DNA from: an uncultured Dehalococcoidia bacterium
Lineage (GTDB): Bacteria > Chloroflexota > Dehalococcoidia > Lucifugimonadales > UBA826
Length of the DNA: 64,000 nucleotides
Direction: 5' to 3'
Assembly (NCBI GenBank): GCA_964409595.1
Contig: CAYPDR010000022.1
Coordinates: 20,399 to 84,398 of the forward strand
The translations under genes and the position numbers were made by a program. Shown here piece by piece: positions 1 through 9,259 of the stretch. The notes beneath the pieces were generated by a model. That model had not been told where the DNA came from. It ran no database searches and saw only the letters and a list, made by a program, of their open reading frames with translations. How positions within the stretch are numbered: position 1 is the stretch's first letter; each line of letters begins with the position of its first letter.

Positions 1-1
1 G

Positions 2-583
2 GCCCGTAAACTTCTAAAAAGGTCCGGTTCACCAGGTAATGGTGTTCTACTTCGGGGTTTTTCAAAGTTGCCGGATATTCCAAGTTTTGCAGAAAGCTAT
101 GCTTTGAGACCCGCTGCTATCGCAGCTTATCCAATGTACCGTGGGCTCGCAGAGCTTGTTGGAATGGAAGTGTTGAAATGTGGCACAAGTTTCGAATCTG
201 AACTGGAAGTGTTAGAAGGTGCGTTCAATGGTGAGCACGACTTCTTTTTCCTCCACTACAAACCAGCAGATAGTGCAGGGGAGGACGGAGATTTTGATAA
301 TAAAGTGAGAAGACTTGAGGAATTTGATAATTACCTCGATAGGATTCAAGCCTTGGACCCAGATGTACTAGTCGTGTGTGGAGACCATTCGACACCTTCC
401 TTTTTAGCAGCCCATAGTTGGCATCCGGTTCCATTTTTGATTAAGTCAATGTACTCAACCTCCAGCAATACCGAGTTTAATGAAAAGACGTGCAGTGAAG
501 GAGAGCTAGGCATGATTCAAGCCGAAATGCTAATGCTTACTGTGCTAGCCCACGCGGACAAACTTAATAGATTTGGAGCGTGA
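2..583 (+). CDS. apgM: 2,3-bisphosphoglycerate-independent phosphoglycerate mutase, archaeal type (C-terminal part; 5' end lies left of the window)
   Basis: The frame is open from nt 2 (ARKLLKRSGSPGNGVLLRGFSKLPDIPSF...), so the listed ORF 68..583 only marks the first TTG. Motifs PMYRGLAELVGM and CGDHSTP fit ApgM-type metal-dependent mutases. A glycolytic neighbour (tpiA) follows. Confidence 0.8.
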   Translation, partial: ARKLLKRSGSPGNGVLLRGFSKLPDIPSFAESYALRPAAIAAYPMYRGLAELVGMEVLKCGTSFESELEVLEGAFNGEHDFFFLHYKPADSAGEDGDFDNKVRRLEEFDNYLDRIQALDPDVLVVCGDHSTPSFLAAHSWHPVPFLIKSMYSTSSNTEFNEKTCSEGELGMIQAEMLMLTVLAHADKLNRFGA

Positions 584-598
584 ACTGTATATGATAAT

Positions 599-1360
599 AT
601 GACGATATATATATATGGTAACTGGAAAATGGAATTGAGCAGGGAAGAGGCTGTTCAATTGGGAAGCTATGTAGACAATAGGTGCCAGGGTCTACTAGGC
701 AATGTAGAGGTATGTCTGTTCCCGGCACTACCATTACTAGATCTTGTTTCTCAGTCAATGAGAAGTGACTCAGCTATCTCCCTTGGGGCGCAAAATATTC
801 ACTGGGAACTAAACGGTGCCTATACCGGCGAAACCTCTGTAAACATGCTGCCAAATAAATGCCAAACAGTGCTGGTAGGCCATTCGGAAAGGCGCTCGAT
901 GTTTCATGAATCTGATGCAAACATAAACCGTAAAATACTCACTATCAGCTCTGAAGGTTTGAAAGTAGTGTTATGTGTTGGTGAGAATATGGATCAGATG
1001 GAAGAAAAGTTGGCATGTTCCGTGATTAAAGGTCAAATTGAGGCTGCGCTGAACGGAGTAGAGCAATTTATTGAAGGGCAAATTTTATTCGCATACGAAC
1101 CCACGTGGGCTATAGGGTCGGGGATGGCAGCAAGCCCAGAAATCGTTAATTGCAGAGCTGGGCTGATTAAGCGAACTGTTAGGAGTATGGGTGTAGTGTG
1201 TGACTCCGACTCCATACCTGTACTCTACGGAGGAAGTGTCAACCAAGACAATGCTTGTTCCTACCTAACACAAGAAAACATAGAAGGATTGCTGATTGGT
1301 GGCGCCAGTCTTAATGGAGAGAGATTCCTAAATATCATAGAGACAGCGAGAGACCTGTGA
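599..1360 (+). CDS. tpiA: triosephosphate isomerase
   Basis: 253 aa with motifs GNWKM, VGHSERR (catalytic His), AYEPTWAIGSG (catalytic Glu) and YGGSV. Confidence 0.95.
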   Translation: MTIYIYGNWKMELSREEAVQLGSYVDNRCQGLLGNVEVCLFPALPLLDLVSQSMRSDSAISLGAQNIHWELNGAYTGETSVNMLPNKCQTVLVGHSERRSMFHESDANINRKILTISSEGLKVVLCVGENMDQMEEKLACSVIKGQIEAALNGVEQFIEGQILFAYEPTWAIGSGMAASPEIVNCRAGLIKRTVRSMGVVCDSDSIPVLYGGSVNQDNACSYLTQENIEGLLIGGASLNGERFLNIIETARDL

Positions 1361-1379
1361 ATATCAATAGTGGGTTGCC

Positions 1380-2306
1380 TTGTTAGTACTGGTAGGCGCT
1401 ACAGGAGTAGGAAAGACGGCGGTAGGAACGCGTGTCGCAGCTGAGATTGGTGGTGAAATAATCAATGCTGACAGCAGGCAAGTTTATAGAGGGATGAATA
1501 TTGGGACGTCGAAGCCTTCTCCTGAAGATTTTGCCTCTGTGCCTCACCACCTTTTTGATCTTGTACATCCGGACGAGAAATTTGATGTTTATAAGTATCA
1601 TCAATTGTTTAAGCAAGCTGTTTGTCAAATAAAATCGAGATCTCGAATACCTATTCTAATAGGAGGAAGTGGACAGTATATTTGGTCTGCTGTGGAAGAC
1701 TGGAAATTCGATATGAATGAGGGATATGGGATTAGCCGATGTGAGATCAATCAGCGTTATAGGATCGAAGGGTTACAAGCCTTGGTAAGTGAGCTTCAAA
1801 ATTTAGATCCAGAGGCCTCCAAGAGAATTGATACTAGGAATCCGAGGAGAGTAATTAGAGCTTTGGAAAGAATTGCCTCTGGGTCGCCCTCGTTTATTTC
1901 GAGAGAACAATCGAGTTGTTTGAGGGATGAGATACTTATGATAGGCCTGACTTTGCCTAGGTCCCAACTTTACGAGACGATTGATCGGCGTGTTAACGAC
2001 ATGATGATTGCAGGATGGATGTCGGAAGTAAAAAGATTAAAGCAACATGGTTACGGGCAGGCAAGTAATTCAATGGGCGGTATAGGGTATTGGGAGTTGC
2101 AAGCGTTTCTAGAAAAAAAGATAGGATGGACGTATTGTATAAACAAAATACGTTCGAGAACCCACAGGCTTGTAAGGACCCAGTTTAACTGGTTCAAAGG
2201 CGAGGATCCTAGGATCAGTTGGATTGACTTGTCTAATCTCTCGGTTGAACAGGCTGTCTATCAAATTTGTGATCGATACCGTACCAAAGTTGGTATATCA
2301 GCCTAG
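1380..2306 (+). CDS. miaA: tRNA dimethylallyltransferase
   Basis: TTG start. P-loop GATGVGKT and DSRQVYRGMNIGTSKP are typical of MiaA. Length is 308 aa. Confidence 0.9.
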   Translation: MLVLVGATGVGKTAVGTRVAAEIGGEIINADSRQVYRGMNIGTSKPSPEDFASVPHHLFDLVHPDEKFDVYKYHQLFKQAVCQIKSRSRIPILIGGSGQYIWSAVEDWKFDMNEGYGISRCEINQRYRIEGLQALVSELQNLDPEASKRIDTRNPRRVIRALERIASGSPSFISREQSSCLRDEILMIGLTLPRSQLYETIDRRVNDMMIAGWMSEVKRLKQHGYGQASNSMGGIGYWELQAFLEKKIGWTYCINKIRSRTHRLVRTQFNWFKGEDPRISWIDLSNLSVEQAVYQICDRYRTKVGISA

Positions 2307-2392
2307 CTGGACACTCACTCAATTTTCTGCGGCTTAAAAAGGGTTAGAATGCTAAGATATTTGGCACGGAGTCTTGGTGAGGAATTTACTTA

Positions 2393-3238
2393 ATGGATTT
2401 CACAAAGATGCATGGAGCGGGCAACGACTATATTTACGTTAACGCTTATCAGCATGATATGGATTGGCCCGAAGTAGCCAGAAAGGTCAGCAACAGGCAC
2501 ACTGGAATTGGAGCTGACGGTCTTATCATAGCTATGCCCTCAGAAACAGCGGATTTACGCATGAGGATGTTTAATTTTGATGGCTCTGAAGGTGAGATGT
2601 GCGGCAATGGGATTCGGTGCTTGGTTGCCTACGCCATCCAGGAGGGACTTATAAGTGACGGTCCGGGGGCTAAATCAATTGAAACAGGTAATGGGGTTTT
2701 GTCGGTTTCACCCGAGTATAGTAACGGATCCATGGTTGGCGCTACCGTGAATATGGGTGAGCCAATTTTAAATCCAGTAGAAATACCAGTTGAAATTCCT
2801 GTTAGTGATTGGCCAGTACTTGATTATCCGTTGGAAGTTGACGGATATGAGCTTGGACTCTCTTTCGTATCGATGGGTAATCCACATGCAATCGCGTTTA
2901 TAGATCAAGATGTTGACGAGTTTCCTCTTGAACAAATTGGCCCTGAAGTCGAAAGGCATCCGATTTTCCCTAATAAGGCTAATTTTGAAGTAGTCAATCG
3001 TGTCAGCGAAAATAAGTTGAAGGCTAGAGTATGGGAACGAGGTTCAGGGATTACGTTGGCTTGTGGAACAGGGGCCTGCGCCTTGGTTGTCGCGGCTCGT
3101 TTGAAGGATTTGGTTTCCACGGAAGTAGAAGTGGAGCTACCAGGCGGGGTTCTAAAGATATCATTGTCTGGAGACGGAGATGTTATGATGCATGGTCCCG
3201 TAAAAACCGTTTACAAGGGAAATTGGCTGGACGCTTAA
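2393..3238 (+). CDS. dapF: diaminopimelate epimerase
   Basis: Motifs KMHGAGNDY, CGNGIRC (first catalytic Cys), SMGNPH and ACGTGACA (second catalytic Cys). Confidence 0.95.
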   Translation: MDFTKMHGAGNDYIYVNAYQHDMDWPEVARKVSNRHTGIGADGLIIAMPSETADLRMRMFNFDGSEGEMCGNGIRCLVAYAIQEGLISDGPGAKSIETGNGVLSVSPEYSNGSMVGATVNMGEPILNPVEIPVEIPVSDWPVLDYPLEVDGYELGLSFVSMGNPHAIAFIDQDVDEFPLEQIGPEVERHPIFPNKANFEVVNRVSENKLKARVWERGSGITLACGTGACALVVAARLKDLVSTEVEVELPGGVLKISLSGDGDVMMHGPVKTVYKGNWLDA

Positions 3239-3320
3239 ACATATTTAACAGAATAGTTTGACAAGAAGCCGAACAAAAGCAGGGGACAACACACCTGGTC
3301 AAGCTGTTCATGGAGGGAAA

Positions 3321-4493
3321 ATGCAATTTGCTCGTAGATTAGATCAAGTCCCACCCTATTTGTTTGTAGAGATAAGTAGAAAAATAGCGGCCAAAAAGGC
3401 CGCGGGGATCAACGTTATTTCCTTTGGAATAGGTGATCCGGACTTACCTACGTCAGGACAGGTTATCGAAGAGTTGCGGAACACGGCGTTAGATAGTGCA
3501 AACCATAGATATCCAGAGACTGATGGATTACCTGAGTTCAGAAAGGCTGTCTCAAACTGGTATCTCAAAAGGTTTGAGGTAAATTTGGACCCCGATAGGG
3601 AGATTTTACCCCTTATAGGGGCAAAAGAAGGTATTGGTCACGCTTCACTGTGTTTCATTGATCCAGGTGATATTGCCTTGGTTCCTGACCCCGGATACCC
3701 GGTTTATTCTGTTGGCACCTGGTTTGCGGGTGGGGAGTGCCATTGGATGCCGTTAACAGAAGAAAATGGTTGGCTACCCGATTTAGATGCTATCTCTCCT
3801 GGGATAGCGGAAAAGGCCAAGGTGATATGGTTGAATTACCCAAACAACCCCACAGGGGCGGTGGTGGATGCTGGGTACCTTGGCAATGTTGTCGAATTTG
3901 CCAAACAATATAATATCGCTGTTCTACATGATGCCAGTTATACAGAAGTCACATATGATGGTTACAGGCCAATTAGCTTTCTTGAGATTCCTGGGGCTTT
4001 TGATATCGGATTAGAGTTTCACTCATTGTCAAAGAGTTACAACATGACCGGGTGGAGGGTCGGCACGGCGGCTGGTAACAGTGAGATGATAGACGCGCTC
4101 ATGGTGGTTAAATCAAATTTAGATTCTGGGATCCCAAACGCTGTTCAATACATGGGGATTGAAGCCCTTAAAAGCTCAGACGAAGAGATCGATGCCCGTA
4201 ACAACGTTTACCAAAATCGTCGAGATAAGGTTATTCAGACCCTTTCCAAAATTGGATTGGAGGTAGATCCTCCTCGCGCTAGCCTGTATGTTTGGGCCAA
4301 AATACCTGTTGGGTATACATCCACAGAGTTTGCTGAACTCATGCTAGAAGAGACAGACGTAGTGGTTACAGCAGGTAATGGTTATGGTCCCAGCGGTGAA
4401 GGCTACGTAAGGTTGTCCCTAACAATTTCTAATGAAGATCTTGAAGAGGGGTTGCGGCGTCTCGAAGACTGGAAGGTACCAACTAAGTCTTGA
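3321..4493 (+). CDS. dapL: LL-diaminopimelate aminotransferase (DapL-type class I aminotransferase)
   Basis: Motifs LDQVPPYLFVEI, SFGIGDPDLPT, NYPNNPTG and SLSKSYNMTGWRVG (PLP lysine). The gene is adjacent to dapF. I prefer ATG 3321, which follows GGAGGG at 3312-3317, over the TTG at 3258 listed in the ORF track. Confidence 0.8.
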   Translation: MQFARRLDQVPPYLFVEISRKIAAKKAAGINVISFGIGDPDLPTSGQVIEELRNTALDSANHRYPETDGLPEFRKAVSNWYLKRFEVNLDPDREILPLIGAKEGIGHASLCFIDPGDIALVPDPGYPVYSVGTWFAGGECHWMPLTEENGWLPDLDAISPGIAEKAKVIWLNYPNNPTGAVVDAGYLGNVVEFAKQYNIAVLHDASYTEVTYDGYRPISFLEIPGAFDIGLEFHSLSKSYNMTGWRVGTAAGNSEMIDALMVVKSNLDSGIPNAVQYMGIEALKSSDEEIDARNNVYQNRRDKVIQTLSKIGLEVDPPRASLYVWAKIPVGYTSTEFAELMLEETDVVVTAGNGYGPSGEGYVRLSLTISNEDLEEGLRRLEDWKVPTKS

Positions 4494-4577
4494 TTAAGTT
4501 TAGTAGCACTACTGAGGGTTAGTTAAATCGCTAGACGACTTATTAACGTAAGAAGCCTGTCAGAGCGGGCGCTGCTT

Positions 4578-5666
4578 TTGGGTGTTCGAAGCAGAAGTCA
4601 CGTGGACCAGTCGTGGGGCTTAAAGGATTCCATAGCTGAACTCGAGGAACTAACGTTGAGTGCAGGCGCGGAAGTAGTGACCAAGATCACGCAAAATCTT
4701 TCTAAGTATTCCAACACCTATGTTGGAAAGGGAAAGCTAGAAGAATTGAGAGAATCCGTCGCCGACTTTCATATCGACACTGTGATTTGTGATGATGAGT
4801 TAAATCCTAATCAGCAACTTAAATTGGAAGAGGCCTTAGGGGGAGTAAAGGTAATCGATCGCACGGCACTTATTTTGGACATTTTTGCATCCAATGCTCA
4901 TACAAAGGAAGGAAGGCTTCAGATCGAGCTCGCGCAACACGAATACCTTCTCCCAAGGCTCGCGGGCCAATGGACTCATTTAGAGCGATTGGGTGGCGGG
5001 ATAGGAACACGAGGTCCCGGTGAGTCCCAAATTGAGACAGATCGAAGGCTTGCGAGAAATAGAATCCGTCGTCTAAAAAAAGATATTGAAAAAGTAAGAC
5101 AGCACCGAACTAGATATAGAGAAAGAAGAAGGGATGCAAATTTAAAAGTAGTAGCTCTTGTAGGCTATACAAATGCCGGAAAAAGCACGTTACTAAATTC
5201 TCTAACAGCAGGTAGTGTTATTGAGGCTAATAGAATGTTTTCAACCTTGGACCCCGTAACTAGGCGATTGAGGTTATTAGATGGGTTTGAGGTGTTGTTG
5301 ACAGACACCGTTGGGTTTATCCAAAAGCTTCCCACGACACTGATCGCTGCATTTAGAGCTACTCTCGAAGAGATCGAGGAAGCTGATCTTATACTTCATG
5401 TAATTGATGTTACCCATCCCAGAAGGCAGGAGCAGGCTGAGGCAGTGTTGGAGATAATCTCCGATATAGGGTTGTCCGAAAAACCGATGGTGGTTGCTCT
5501 CAATAAATGTGATAAGTTGTCGGATCACTATGATCCTTTCAACGACGACTCTTTGAGGGACTTGTTGAACATGTTTGAATCGAGCGTGTTTAGTTCGGGT
5601 GTAACTGGGGCAGGGAGAAATGAGTTACTTAGAACAGTCGCCAGTAAAGTCAAAGTTGCATCCTGA
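4578..5666 (+). CDS. hflX: GTPase HflX
   Basis: Motifs DRTALILDIFA, GTRGPGESQIETDRR, Walker A GYTNAGKST, DTVGF and NKCD. The conserved N-terminal strand (SERALLLGV) starts upstream of the first canonical start (TTG 4578). The frame is open from 4527, so the real start may be a near-cognate codon such as ATT 4542. Confidence 0.9.
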   Translation: MGVRSRSHVDQSWGLKDSIAELEELTLSAGAEVVTKITQNLSKYSNTYVGKGKLEELRESVADFHIDTVICDDELNPNQQLKLEEALGGVKVIDRTALILDIFASNAHTKEGRLQIELAQHEYLLPRLAGQWTHLERLGGGIGTRGPGESQIETDRRLARNRIRRLKKDIEKVRQHRTRYRERRRDANLKVVALVGYTNAGKSTLLNSLTAGSVIEANRMFSTLDPVTRRLRLLDGFEVLLTDTVGFIQKLPTTLIAAFRATLEEIEEADLILHVIDVTHPRRQEQAEAVLEIISDIGLSEKPMVVALNKCDKLSDHYDPFNDDSLRDLLNMFESSVFSSGVTGAGRNELLRTVASKVKVAS

Positions 5667-5699
5667 GAGTACATTGCGCACTATAGTTATTATGTTAAG

Positions 5700-6701
5700 T
5701 TAGTGATTAAATTGGATACTCAGAATACCGCTGTTGTTTAATTCTTCGATGACCCTCATACCTATATTAGGCAGGTTATCTTCTATTATTTTCTTGCAAT
5801 TAGTATAGGAATACGGTGCTTGGGTTTGATCAAAGTTTTTCGTTGAAATGATCATCATATTTCCATTTGATATTCCAGTTCCGTATCCAAGCAGATACCC
5901 GTAGTCGTGGTAATCGTTTGGTTCAATATCTTGGACTATAACTAGTGTGGCTACGAAAGGTAGAGTTGGCGGTCCCGTCTTGTTAATATCTTCTAGTTCG
6001 ATTATGGCGGTTGATAATTTTAAGCGTTTTAAAAAGTCCGATAGATAGATTGCTGTATGTCGATTTTCCCGCCGACACAACACGCCAATTTGTTTCTCGT
6101 TAAGGTTGCGTTTCTCTACGCGGTGATTGTCTTGGTCACCAAGATCGGTACTAATTTGGTTGCCTAGAGGGAATTCTTCCTTGACTATTCCCACTTTAGG
6201 TTCAACCGGTGCTGCGGTCGGCGATGCAAATAGCGAGTTCGCTGTGTAAATTTTTGCGAATTCCTCTGTTTGATCTGGATGAAGCCCTAGGTCCCGTATT
6301 AACAGATTGGTTAAGAATTCTTTTCCGGGAAGGGGTTTTCCCTGTAATAGGCTGTTCAATTTGTGAAATAAAGTCGGTTTCAACATGGAGGCACTTAGTG
6401 CTTCGTGGAATTCATGCTGCGTACGTTTGGCTACAATTGACATACCCAATTCGGTGATCTTAATCGATTCGGATCTGTATCTACCCTGTGTTATTCCGTA
6501 TTCTTCTGAAGCGGCTAATTTGGTAACAAAAGAACTGCTATTCACTGTCGTACCTAGTCCAGTAGCCAGCAAAGTTCTTTGCAGCGGTAATCCAGCGTTT
6601 TGTTCGTATATGACTCTTGCGATACCAAGGGATTCCTCTATGTTATGAGCAGGGTAATTACGAATAAGCCTCCTTCTGCGCTGGTTCCTGTTAAAGTTCA
6701 T
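5700..6701 (-). CDS. hypothetical two-domain protein (arginine-rich N-terminus; function unknown)
   Basis: Long ORF on the opposite strand to all neighbours. ATG 6701 is preceded by GGTGG (reverse strand), so I prefer it over the ORF-track start at 6758. I recognise no diagnostic family motif. Confidence 0.6.
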   Translation of the reverse strand: MNFNRNQRRRRLIRNYPAHNIEESLGIARVIYEQNAGLPLQRTLLATGLGTTVNSSSFVTKLAASEEYGITQGRYRSESIKITELGMSIVAKRTQHEFHEALSASMLKPTLFHKLNSLLQGKPLPGKEFLTNLLIRDLGLHPDQTEEFAKIYTANSLFASPTAAPVEPKVGIVKEEFPLGNQISTDLGDQDNHRVEKRNLNEKQIGVLCRRENRHTAIYLSDFLKRLKLSTAIIELEDINKTGPPTLPFVATLVIVQDIEPNDYHDYGYLLGYGTGISNGNMMIISTKNFDQTQAPYSYTNCKKIIEDNLPNIGMRVIEELNNSGILSIQFNH

Positions 6702-6861
6702 GGTTCTACCACCTATGAGTAACTGAAATGTTTGAAGTAAATATACCACTTCAAACATTTCAAAGGGCTTTTCACGCTTCCTTATTATTTTTTCTGAAAT
6801 ATACTGATACTATCGTTGGTACAATTTCTAAAAAAATAGGAGGAGTCAAATTCTATATAAA

Positions 6862-8169
6862 GTGAGGGCAGGCGGAACTTCTGTGAGGCGACTTGCCTCC
6901 TTGGTGATCCTAATTTTATTGAGTCATCTTGTTCTAGGTTGTCAGACTAGTGAGGAAACCTTACAGGGTCCACAGGAATTGGCCAGTGAGGGTCAAACTC
7001 ACTTACCTGTTTCCCCCGGGATAAGTTCGAGCGCGCCATATATGCCAAAATTCACTCCGTTGGAAGATCCATTAGGGTCTTCCAACGGAGTGCCCAAGGA
7101 ACTCGAAGCTGTATGGGAAGCGTGGGCGCTGCTTAACAGAGAACACGTTGATAAAGACTCTTTTGATTCCAAGGAATTTGAGGAATTTGCGATAAAGGGT
7201 TTGGTGGGGGCTGTAGGAGATACTCATACATCTTATATCGAGCCAGTTGTGTTAAAGATTGAGACTGAGGACCTATCCGGTGAGTTTGAAGGAATTGGGG
7301 CGCATGTACGTAGGCGCGAAGATGGAGCAATTCAGATTGTGAGCCCAATAGCGGGTGGGCCGGCGGAAGCTGCCGGTGTTCAGTCAGGCGACATAATTTT
7401 AGCTGTGAACGGTAAAGTTTTGGAGGGGCTTTCAATACTGGAGGCCGTGTCACTTATACGCGGACCGAGAGGAAGTACAGTCATTTTAACTATTAAACAT
7501 GTAGGTCTGCTGGAACCTGTTGATATTTCTATAGTTAGAGACGTTATTGCGTTGCCAAGCGTGTTGCTAAGAAGTTCTACGGGTAGTGCCATTGCCCATG
7601 TCAGAATAACAGAGTTCAAAGCCAATACCGCAGAAATCTTTCGAGAAATTTTAAGGAAAGAATTAGATAATGGAGCAGAAGCCTTGATATTGGACCTTCG
7701 AGGGAACCCTGGTGGATATCTTCAACAGGTGTTTGAGATCGCAGATATGTTCATGAATAAAGATGTGATTTTGATCGAAGAAAGGCAGGATGGAGAATAT
7801 GTTTGGGAATCCGAGGATGGCGGAATGGCCGTAGAATTGCCAGTGGTTTTACTCATCAACGGAGCAAGCGCAAGTGGCAGTGAAATCATTATGGGGGCAT
7901 TTCAGGACACGGGGAGAGCTCAAGTTGTCGGTGAAACAAGTTTTGGGAAGGGAACTGTCAACGTTTTTCGTAAACTTACCAATGGTGGTGGTTTGTATAT
8001 GTCAATTGGAAGGTGGTTCACGCCAAACAGGCGTCCTATAGAAGGAGAGGGGCTATCGCCGGATTTCAATATTTCGTTTAAAGATTCTCAAAAAACAGAC
8101 ATAGAGCAAGTCCAAAAAGCCATCAAACTGTTGGAAGAATTTATTGATGGGCAACACGGGTCTAATTAA
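6862..8169 (+). CDS. carboxy-terminal processing protease (peptidase S41), probable lipoprotein
   Basis: The signal peptide ends in the lipobox LVLGC. A PDZ-like segment (GGPAEAAGVQSGDIILAVNG) is present, with S41 motifs LDLRGNPGG and NGASASGSEI and a TSFGKGT block. Confidence 0.9.
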   Translation: MRAGGTSVRRLASLVILILLSHLVLGCQTSEETLQGPQELASEGQTHLPVSPGISSSAPYMPKFTPLEDPLGSSNGVPKELEAVWEAWALLNREHVDKDSFDSKEFEEFAIKGLVGAVGDTHTSYIEPVVLKIETEDLSGEFEGIGAHVRRREDGAIQIVSPIAGGPAEAAGVQSGDIILAVNGKVLEGLSILEAVSLIRGPRGSTVILTIKHVGLLEPVDISIVRDVIALPSVLLRSSTGSAIAHVRITEFKANTAEIFREILRKELDNGAEALILDLRGNPGGYLQQVFEIADMFMNKDVILIEERQDGEYVWESEDGGMAVELPVVLLINGASASGSEIIMGAFQDTGRAQVVGETSFGKGTVNVFRKLTNGGGLYMSIGRWFTPNRRPIEGEGLSPDFNISFKDSQKTDIEQVQKAIKLLEEFIDGQHGSN

Positions 8170-8618
8170 TGCCACATGAACGCACCATAACCGTGAATAG
8201 AGGAGCGACGTATAACTACGAAATACTAGAGCGTATAGAGGCAGGACTAGTCCTGCAGTCAACAGAGATTAAGTCTGTGCGAGAGAATCATGTGAATCTA
8301 AGTGGGGGCTACGCATTTCCTTTGAATGGGGAATTGTGGCTGCAAAATTGCCATATTGCCCCCTACCCTGCTGCTTCATGGGAAAACCATGAACCAAGGC
8401 GACCAAGAAAACTTCTTCTCCGTAGGGGCCAGATGCGAAGATTCTGTACCGCTGCTTTACAAAAAGGTTTCACGATAGTTCCACTAAAACTATATATAGC
8501 CGGTCATTATGCAAAGGTAGAACTGGGCATAGGGCGTGGAAGAAAGCGACATGACAAGAGGCAAGTTCTACGAGACAGGGAGAGGAGAAAAGAAGCTAGG
8601 GATGCTGAGCGGCGTTAG
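8169..8618 (+). CDS. smpB: SsrA-binding protein
   Basis: 149 aa with EAGLVLQSTEIKSVRE, HIAPY, RPRKLLL and a basic C-terminal tail. These are all typical of SmpB. Confidence 0.93.
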   Translation: MPHERTITVNRGATYNYEILERIEAGLVLQSTEIKSVRENHVNLSGGYAFPLNGELWLQNCHIAPYPAASWENHEPRRPRKLLLRRGQMRRFCTAALQKGFTIVPLKLYIAGHYAKVELGIGRGRKRHDKRQVLRDRERRKEARDAERR

Positions 8619-8635
8619 GTTGCTGCGCTAACCTA
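8616..8635. terminator. weak hairpin between convergent genes (TAGGTT-N8-AACCTA)
   Basis: A 6-bp inverted repeat whose arms contain the stop codons of smpB and of the minus-strand HTH gene. The stem is short and AT-rich, with no clear T-run. Confidence 0.2.
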
Positions 8636-8866
8636 GACCTCTTCGAGCCTGGTGATTTGCAAGGAATCCCCTGGAGCTAGCGCAACCCTTCTGACGTTGA
8701 TCCTAAACTTGAGGAGCCAGTATCCGAGCGTCGCTTTACTTACGCCGAGATAGTCAGCTGTGGCGGTTAACCCTTGTTCAGTGACCATATCTGGCAGTAT
8801 CTTTTCTAGAGGCTGCCTGAACCTTTCTTCCACCGCTAGCATCTTTTTGGTTTTCCTCGTTGCCAT
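8633..8866 (-). CDS. small helix-turn-helix DNA-binding protein
   Basis: 77 aa. The segment LTATADYLGVSKATLGYWLLKF reads as a classical HTH. The gene is divergent from the tRNA gene. Confidence 0.55.
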   Translation of the reverse strand: MATRKTKKMLAVEERFRQPLEKILPDMVTEQGLTATADYLGVSKATLGYWLLKFRINVRRVALAPGDSLQITRLEEV

Positions 8867-9078
8867 ACTTTCCTCCGTCTGGAGCTACCAAGGTGGCAGA
8901 ATGTTAATGATGGCAGGGAGACTATGTCAATGGGTTTTCATCCATTTCTTTTACTTTTCCCGCCTTTTCAACGGTTTATGGGCAGGAGGGCGATTGTGAT
9001 TAATACCATTATGCATGCGGTTTGGGTTAGGTGTGTTGACCGGGAAGTGGTTATTTAGGAAAATTGTATATATTCTGC

Positions 9079-9155
9079 GTCCCTGTAGCTCAGATGGATA
9101 GAGCGGCTGCCTTCTAAGCAGCAAGTCGCGGGTTCGAATCCTGCCAGGGACGCCA
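9079..9155 (+). tRNA. tRNA-Arg (anticodon TCT), CCA encoded
   Basis: Folded by hand. Acceptor GTCCCTG/CAGGGAC, D-arm GCTC-AGATGGATA-GAGC, anticodon arm GCTGC-CTTCTAA-GCAGC (anticodon TCT), variable AAGTC, T-arm GCGGG-TTCGAAT-CCTGC, discriminator G, then CCA. Confidence 0.93.
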
Positions 9156-9259
9156 ATATCCGTGGTGGACAGGTTTTTTGCTAAGGTATCTGCATCATTC
9201 GGTTTGTGGGTTACTGTTCTAATATTGGACGGCGGTCGAACGTTTAACGGGGGTGTAAT

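Noticed and set aside
3031-3261. 76-aa plus-strand ORF overlapping the 3' end of dapF in another frame.
   Set aside because: It lies entirely within dapF and the spacer and has Arg/Gly-rich, frame-shifted composition. dapF motifs fully explain the region.
9036-9074. TTGACC (9036-9041) plus TATATA/TATATT (9067-9074) as the tRNA promoter.
   Set aside because: The spacing between the hexamers is ~25 bp, too long for a sigma70-type promoter. The -10-like element alone is not enough to make a call.
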